The translations under genes were made by a program, and so were the position numbers. From a virus (Duplodnaviria > Caudoviricetes), in the IMG/VR virus record IMGVR_UViG_3300021425_000032, positions 1,562 through 65,561 of that record: a DNA stretch of 64,000 nt; one strand, given 5' to 3'. This document shows positions 59,620 to 64,000 of the stretch, one piece after another. The notes below the pieces were generated by a model. It was not told where the DNA came from, searched no databases, and saw only the letters and a program-made list of their open reading frames with translations. The stretch's first letter is position 1. Each line of letters begins with the position of its first letter.

Positions 59620-59868
59620 TACTACTACCCAAGAGCTAAAGCTCTACACACTCGCTAGTCGCTTGTGTGTGCTTGCTTACGCTAGTAGTTGCCCGAAATG
59701 GGTTCTACAACCAAAAAAATTGGTCGCGCAAAAAATTGTGGTGAAGTACTTACAGAAGTGAGGTGGTGATTGCTACTGCACCGTTTTTTAAAAGTGTCCA
59801 TTAACGCTAAGTGCTTGTTTTTGTTAGATATTTTTTATAAGCCCCGACCCCCCTCGAGAAATAAAATT

Positions 59869-59898
59869 CAAAAAAAATCTCCCCGGAGGAAGATTTTT
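59869..59898 (-). terminator. Terminator of the leftward early region
   Basis: Minus strand reads AAAAATCTTCCTCCGGGGAGATTTTTTTT, a hairpin running into a T tract. Confidence 0.75.
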
Positions 59899-59958
59899 CT
59901 TTCTGTGTGTCCCCACAGTAGGTGCGGTCTTGCATACAGTGCCGCGTACTGTTGCAGA

Positions 59959-60309
59959 CTAGTCTAGTCGACTGCCTGCATAAGCTGTAAAGCCGTAGCC
60001 TTCTAGCACTCTAGCATAGGCTCTAGCACCAGCTTCTTTAATGCTAATGCTCTGCCCACCGTACCAGTTGCACCATTGGCTAAACACTCTGTTCCAGTTC
60101 TGGTCTATGCCAGCCTGCTTAAGAGCCTTGCCCATTTTGGTATTGCCCTTGAGCTTCTTACCATCATGTGCGTAGATGTCTACCCACGCAAAGCCACACG
60201 CATCCCAGTCCGAGTTACCGTTCTGTTGATATGCTTGCTCGCTTGCATTTACAGCCGCTTGCTGTGCTTTGTTTAGGATTACAGTTAGATCGTTTACAGT
60301 GTAGTTCAT
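59959..60309 (-). CDS. Early hypothetical protein
   Basis: DACGFAWV, QSISIKE; own promoter and GAGGGC RBS. Confidence 0.8.
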   Translation of the reverse strand: MNYTVNDLTVILNKAQQAAVNASEQAYQQNGNSDWDACGFAWVDIYAHDGKKLKGNTKMGKALKQAGIDQNWNRVFSQWCNWYGGQSISIKEAGARAYARVLEGYGFTAYAGSRLD

Positions 60310-60334
60310 ATTGTTTGCCCTCGCTATGTTTAAC

Positions 60335-60658
60335 TTACTCTACTAGTATAGCACCTTCGTGTGCATTGTCAACCCCTAATTCGCTGATTGACTCTATCTT
60401 TTTGTCTACAGTGTATGCACTATCAGTGTCTAGATATGCATCGTGTGCCAGTGCTTCTGCTTGTGCTTCTGAAGTTGCTGTGACTGTGACCACATGATGT
60501 TCTGTGATTGTTACCTGAACTTCATACTCTTGTCCTGGAATAGTGCCGTCTCCACCACATGCCCAACAGTCTTCTTCTAAGCCGTCTTGTTCATAGTACG
60601 TGTCGAGGTCGTAGCCTTCACCACAACACTCAACACACTCAACCTTTGGTGTAGCCAT
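60335..60658 (-). CDS. Early protein with DnaJ-type CxxCxGxG zinc motifs
   Basis: CVECCGEG and CWACGGDG. Confidence 0.75.
   Translation of the reverse strand: MATPKVECVECCGEGYDLDTYYEQDGLEEDCWACGGDGTIPGQEYEVQVTITEHHVVTVTATSEAQAEALAHDAYLDTDSAYTVDKKIESISELGVDNAHEGAILVE
60345..60381 (-). promoter_or_regulatory. Early promoter 1
   Basis: AATTAGGGG-TTGACA-16nt-TATACT with TGn extension. Confidence 0.85.
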
Positions 60659-61050
60659 TAAGCCATCACCGATGTTGTTGAAAAAGTCTGTGCATCAACT
60701 ATGTCATAGCTGATTGGCTCACAAGGTTCAAAGCCAAAGCCTGCTACCTCGAACCAGTCTTGGAAGCCTTCACCGTCGTCTACGATCATCACATCGCCAA
60801 CGCTTGTGCTTCTTAGGCCATAAGCCTTGCCGTTGTGTTGGATAAGGGGAGCAATGACTTCTACATCATCGTTCGCATCAGCACCGATCTTCATGCTCCA
60901 GCTACCATCAACATTGTTGGTGTATCTGTAGGCATACTCAGTGGCTTCAAAAAGATCCATGCCTGAGGTTGTTACCTTTGCAACAGCCTTAGGAGTTTCG
61001 CCCTCTTCTAAGAAACTTGCATGGATTACGGTTATAGTAAAGTTTTTCAT
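60658..61050 (-). CDS. Early hypothetical protein
   Basis: RSTSVGDV, VAGFGF; GAGGGC RBS. Confidence 0.8.
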   Translation of the reverse strand: MKNFTITVIHASFLEEGETPKAVAKVTTSGMDLFEATEYAYRYTNNVDGSWSMKIGADANDDVEVIAPLIQHNGKAYGLRSTSVGDVMIVDDGEGFQDWFEVAGFGFEPCEPISYDIVDAQTFSTTSVMA

Positions 61051-61084
61051 ATTGTGCCCTCACACTTTAATTTAATATACTGCT

Positions 61085-61122
61085 AGTATAGCCTCAAACT
61101 CTCTCGTTGTCAACCCCTAATT
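61085..61122 (-). promoter_or_regulatory. Early promoter 2
   Basis: AATTAGGGG-TTGACA-17nt-TATACT. Confidence 0.85.
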
Positions 61123-61124
61123 TT

Positions 61125-61159
61125 AAAAAAGAAAAACCCCGCACGAGGCGAGGTTCTTC
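61125..61159 (-). terminator. Rho-independent terminator
   Basis: Minus strand GAAGAACCTCGC-CTCGT-GCGGGGTTTTTC-TTTTTT. Confidence 0.8.
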
Positions 61160-61290
61160 CCGGTGACATGCAGAGCGTGAGGGCTACGCTTGATCTGCTC
61201 CACCTAGGCTCGTGGATGAGGGCGGTCCACTTGCCTTAACGACCACTTGGGGAGGGCACCCGTTAGTGGTCATGTGCTGTGAGAGGAGCA
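61125..61290 (-). ncRNA. Candidate multi-hairpin regulatory RNA with three GCCCUC (GAGGGC on +) loops; strand not certain
   Basis: GAGGGC at 61179, 61218 and 61252, each enclosed by a different stem; ends in a minus-strand terminator. Confidence 0.6.
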
Positions 61291-62301
61291 TTAGGATGCT
61301 CTACTCATCACAGTATTCTCTGCCATTGCTTCCCACTTGGTAGGAAATGCTTTGGCCAAGTCGGCTATCTTAAGTACTGAACGCAAGCTCAGCTCCCTCA
61401 GCTTAGACTTGTTGATATCGATGTAGTCGATGATGTCTTGTACAGTTTCTTCTGGCAAGCCATACTCGTCTAGCATTCCGTCAGTAACGATCTGCTTGAT
61501 ACGCAGCATCTTCTCACGGTCTGTGTCAATAGTCAAGTCAATGTAGTGACATCTACTTTCTAGTGCTTCTAGGTGATCACGCATCTTCTTGCTCTTAACG
61601 TTTTCAAACTTGATGTTGGTGATAAAGATTGCACCACCTTTGAACTCGAATGAATCCGGCACACCTTCGTTTCTCAACTTGAATGAATCAGTGTTCCAAT
61701 GGATACGTCTAGTCTTCTTAGAGTCTAGCGCAGCTTTTAGGATGTTCAGTGATAGTTCATCTGAGAACACTGAGTCACAGTCATCGAACACCAGTACATT
61801 GTCTTTGTCTGCGTAGTTGAACAGTTTACAGTAGAGTCCAATAGCACTCATAGCACCTTTGACCACCTGATACTTCGCAGGACGATCTCCTAAGGTTGCA
61901 ATTAATTCATGTGCGCCTAGTACTTTTTCGACACCATGTGACTTACCTACACCCGGAGGACCTGAAACAATCATTGCACGTACATCACCTCGCTTGCAGG
62001 CTTTGGTCATGTCTTCGAGCATGTCGAATCGTTCGCGCAATCTTTCGATTGTCTCTTCGTCGGTCTCCTCACGGGTGGTGGTGGCCACGGAGCTATCAAC
62101 CAGCTCGTAGCTTGACGGGCTATCACACTTGATCTTAATATTTCGATCAGGGAAGCCTGCTACCGCAGTACCATCGACTGTGACGTAGCCACCACCGGCG
62201 CCAACCTTAAATTCAGATACCATAGGAAATACCATTCCTGTCATATCAACGTCTTTGCCTCTAATTTTGTAGAAGCCCTCTTTCATCTTTACTTTTTGCA
62301 T
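61291..62301 (-). CDS. AAA+ P-loop ATPase
   Basis: GPPGVGKS, LVFDDCD, IFITN, LESRC; start moved to MQKV at 62301 (GAGGGC RBS). Confidence 0.88.
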   Translation of the reverse strand: MQKVKMKEGFYKIRGKDVDMTGMVFPMVSEFKVGAGGGYVTVDGTAVAGFPDRNIKIKCDSPSSYELVDSSVATTTREETDEETIERLRERFDMLEDMTKACKRGDVRAMIVSGPPGVGKSHGVEKVLGAHELIATLGDRPAKYQVVKGAMSAIGLYCKLFNYADKDNVLVFDDCDSVFSDELSLNILKAALDSKKTRRIHWNTDSFKLRNEGVPDSFEFKGGAIFITNIKFENVKSKKMRDHLEALESRCHYIDLTIDTDREKMLRIKQIVTDGMLDEYGLPEETVQDIIDYIDINKSKLRELSLRSVLKIADLAKAFPTKWEAMAENTVMSRAS

Positions 62302-62337
62302 AGTTTTGCCCTCTCGCAATGTTTAATTTATATACAC

Positions 62338-62366
62338 AGTATATGATATATCTGTGCGCCTGTCAA
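62338..62366 (-). promoter_or_regulatory. Early promoter 3
   Basis: TTGACA-17nt-TATACT. Confidence 0.85.
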
Positions 62367-62539
62367 CCAAAAATCTTACCAAATAACCAAAAAAATCCTA
62401 TGAAGCCTCCAAGTGCTATTGCGCCATACATGAAACTGTAGAAGCATTGCACCAGGAACGGTATCCGGGTGTTACAAGCGTGACACTTGCTCGCAAAGAA
62501 CTCTTTGTCAGTCTTGAAACACGCCGGACACAAAGCCAT
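62363..62539 (-). CDS. 58-aa zinc-ribbon plus transmembrane protein (not in the ORF track)
   Basis: MALCPAC...KCHAC...GAIALGGFIGFFWLFG; TAATG overlap with the upstream gene. Confidence 0.65.
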   Translation of the reverse strand: MALCPACFKTDKEFFASKCHACNTRIPFLVQCFYSFMYGAIALGGFIGFFWLFGKIFG

Positions 62540-62913
62540 TATGCAAATTCCTTATCGAGCGTCTCTTGGTCGACATCTTCGAACACAGGTGCTTGTGGAA
62601 AGCCTGCTTCGAACGCCGTATCAATTGCCGCTTGTGGAACCACTACTGGCTCTGGTGCTTGATACCTTTTGAAGTACCTCACTGGACATGTATCCCAGTT
62701 CTTGCCTTCCTTGATCTGCACAGTGTTGCCCAGTGCTTCTTGCGCCTTGACATAAGTCACAGCGTCTTGGTCTTCTTCTAGATAAGTGGTCTTACCTTTG
62801 TAGAATGAATAAGATGTAATCTTATCCGCGATACCGAGCTCGACGAGCTCTTTTGTTTTTACAGCCAGCCAGCCATGTCCGCCATCTGAATGCATCATTT
62901 TAGTGATTATCAT
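62539..62913 (-). CDS. Early hypothetical protein
   Basis: HSDGGHGWLAV, YLEED.D. Confidence 0.8.
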   Translation of the reverse strand: MIITKMMHSDGGHGWLAVKTKELVELGIADKITSYSFYKGKTTYLEEDQDAVTYVKAQEALGNTVQIKEGKNWDTCPVRYFKRYQAPEPVVVPQAAIDTAFEAGFPQAPVFEDVDQETLDKEFA

Positions 62914-63245
62914 ACTGATACTCCCTTCGTTATGTTGCGACCAGTTTCAGGAGACACCACCATAGCTGTCTTCTTGACGAAGTCAGCATAGTCTTGGTCC
63001 TCTGGGAGGTCGTTAACCCATTCCTCGAATGTCTTCACATCCGTTGGAAACTCTTTAAAGCCTAGGCCATTATCTGCGAAAGCAGCCATAACGAATGCCA
63101 TTGCATCCGCAGGACGATCGACGCCGTCCACGATGTAGTCGGAACCACCCTTGAACTTCCAGTATGAATGCCCCTCGGCATACTTACCTGACTCACAATG
63201 TGCGCCATAGTTCTCAAGAATTTGTGTTGTTACTACGAATTTCAT
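62910..63245 (-). CDS. Early hypothetical protein
   Basis: TQ..ENYGAH, YWKFKGG; GAGGGT RBS. Confidence 0.8.
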   Translation of the reverse strand: MKFVVTTQILENYGAHCESGKYAEGHSYWKFKGGSDYIVDGVDRPADAMAFVMAAFADNGLGFKEFPTDVKTFEEWVNDLPEDQDYADFVKKTAMVVSPETGRNITKGVSV

Positions 63246-63283
63246 TTGCTACCCTCTTTATCGTTTGCCCTAACTATACATAC

Positions 63284-63320
63284 AGTATAGCATCAATTAT
63301 CTCTTTGTCAACCCCTATTT
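63284..63320 (-). promoter_or_regulatory. Early promoter 4
   Basis: AAATAGGGG-TTGACA-16nt-TATACT with TGn extension. Confidence 0.85.
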
Positions 63321-63506
63321 CACCCAAACGTGGTGAAATTTCTTAGGCATATTCTCACATGAGAAGTTCGTGTCGCCGTAGTTGACCACCTCTACACATG
63401 CACCTGTCTCATAAGACATATGTACATCTGGAAGTGAAAATGTGTAGTCCACTGCGTATAGTAGACCAGCCGTTGCTATTAGTGTTACTGCTATGATTGT
63501 TTTCAT
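63315..63506 (-). CDS. Small membrane-anchored early protein
   Basis: Hydrophobic N-terminus; GAGGGC RBS. Confidence 0.7.
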   Translation of the reverse strand: MKTIIAVTLIATAGLLYAVDYTFSLPDVHMSYETGACVEVVNYGDTNFSCENMPKKFHHVWVK

Positions 63507-63537
63507 TGCGTTGCCCTCGCTTTCATATTATGTGTAT

Positions 63538-63575
63538 ACTATAGCACAGCCCAAATGATTTGTCAACCCCTAATT
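63538..63575 (-). promoter_or_regulatory. Early promoter 5
   Basis: AATTAGGGG-TTGACA-17nt-TATAGT with TGn extension. Confidence 0.8.
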
Positions 63576-63877
63576 TAGGCATTCTGTGACACAAAATACC
63601 TAGGGTATTCTGTGTTCTTTTTTAAGAACCAACGCTCTAGCACAGGACCACCCTCGTCCTCGTCTACTATAATATAGCACACGGTCTTCTTGACATTCGC
63701 ATAGCGATATCCTTGCTGTCCACCTATTTGGCGGTCACCTACCCAAACGATGTGCGGGTAGTATTCGCGATTGCCTTCGAACGCAGGACAGTCATTGACT
63801 GAATACTCAAATGAGTTGCCCACTTCTTTTTCAACAAAGCATCCAATTGGATCTCTGGTGTAGGTGTAGTAACCCAT
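63575..63877 (-). CDS. Early hypothetical protein
   Basis: GAGGAGG SD; VKKTV.YI.VDED. Confidence 0.75.
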   Translation of the reverse strand: MGYYTYTRDPIGCFVEKEVGNSFEYSVNDCPAFEGNREYYPHIVWVGDRQIGGQQGYRYANVKKTVCYIIVDEDEGGPVLERWFLKKNTEYPRYFVSQNA

Positions 63878-64000
63878 TACACTTCCTCCTCATCATGAAA
63901 GTTTGCATCATCATCGCTGAAGTCTTCTACAAGCTCTTCTACTTCGCGGCCTTCTGCGAACAACATCAACTCTACGGCTAACATACGAGCCTGATGACGA
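63877..64000 (-). CDS. C-terminal end of a gene that starts beyond the window
   Basis: Open frame RHQARMLAVELM...DEEEV*, with the stop overlapping the next ATG. Confidence 0.6.
   Translation of the reverse strand, partial: RHQARMLAVELMLFAEGREVEELVEDFSDDDANFHDEEEV

Noticed and set aside
61125-61290. tRNA or tRNA-like cloverleaf
   Set aside because: No T-arm GTTCRA, D-arm or CCA end on either strand; the three loops share one motif.
59770-63346. Plus-strand ORFs in the early region (59770, 60076, 60168, 61589, 61896, 62447, 62487, 62566, 63164)
   Set aside because: Antisense shadows of minus-strand genes that have promoters and RBSs, or spans over a terminator; no motifs.
1-64000. Stop-codon reassignment, introns or inteins
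   Set aside because: terL, uvsX, uvsW, helicase, glyA and kdsA are full-length and uninterrupted in the standard code; TAA, TAG and TGA all end genes.

Overview
AT-rich segment of a large T4-related myophage, probably aquatic and uncultured; no host rRNA, tRNA or CRISPR is visible. 1-5.3 kb: tailoring enzymes (U32-family/methyltransferase fusion, flavin halogenase, Fe oxygenases). 5.3-28.8 kb: virion module (fibres, FG-GAP propeller, S8 protease, neck, sheath, tube, terminase). 28.9-31.8 kb: gp32/UvsX/UvsY. 31.8-53.6 kb: glycan and auxiliary metabolic genes (four KpsS/KpsC-like paralogues, KdsA, a putative sulfation trio, GlyA) with UvsW and a 189-aa miniature C-family DNA polymerase. 54.8-57.4 kb: primase and helicase. 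58.9-59.95 kb: structured, mostly non-coding convergence zone. 59.96-64 kb: leftward early-gene cassettes behind repeated sigma70-type promoters. Best candidate for a new system: the early genes share an unusual GAGGGC ribosome-binding motif, and a ~165-nt element among them (61125-61290) has three hairpins that each display this motif, or its complement, in the loop. This suggests a phage-encoded multi-loop sRNA controlling early-gene translation. Many late genes look leaderless (TAAATA-N4/5-ATG). All calls come from motifs read by eye; no searches were run.
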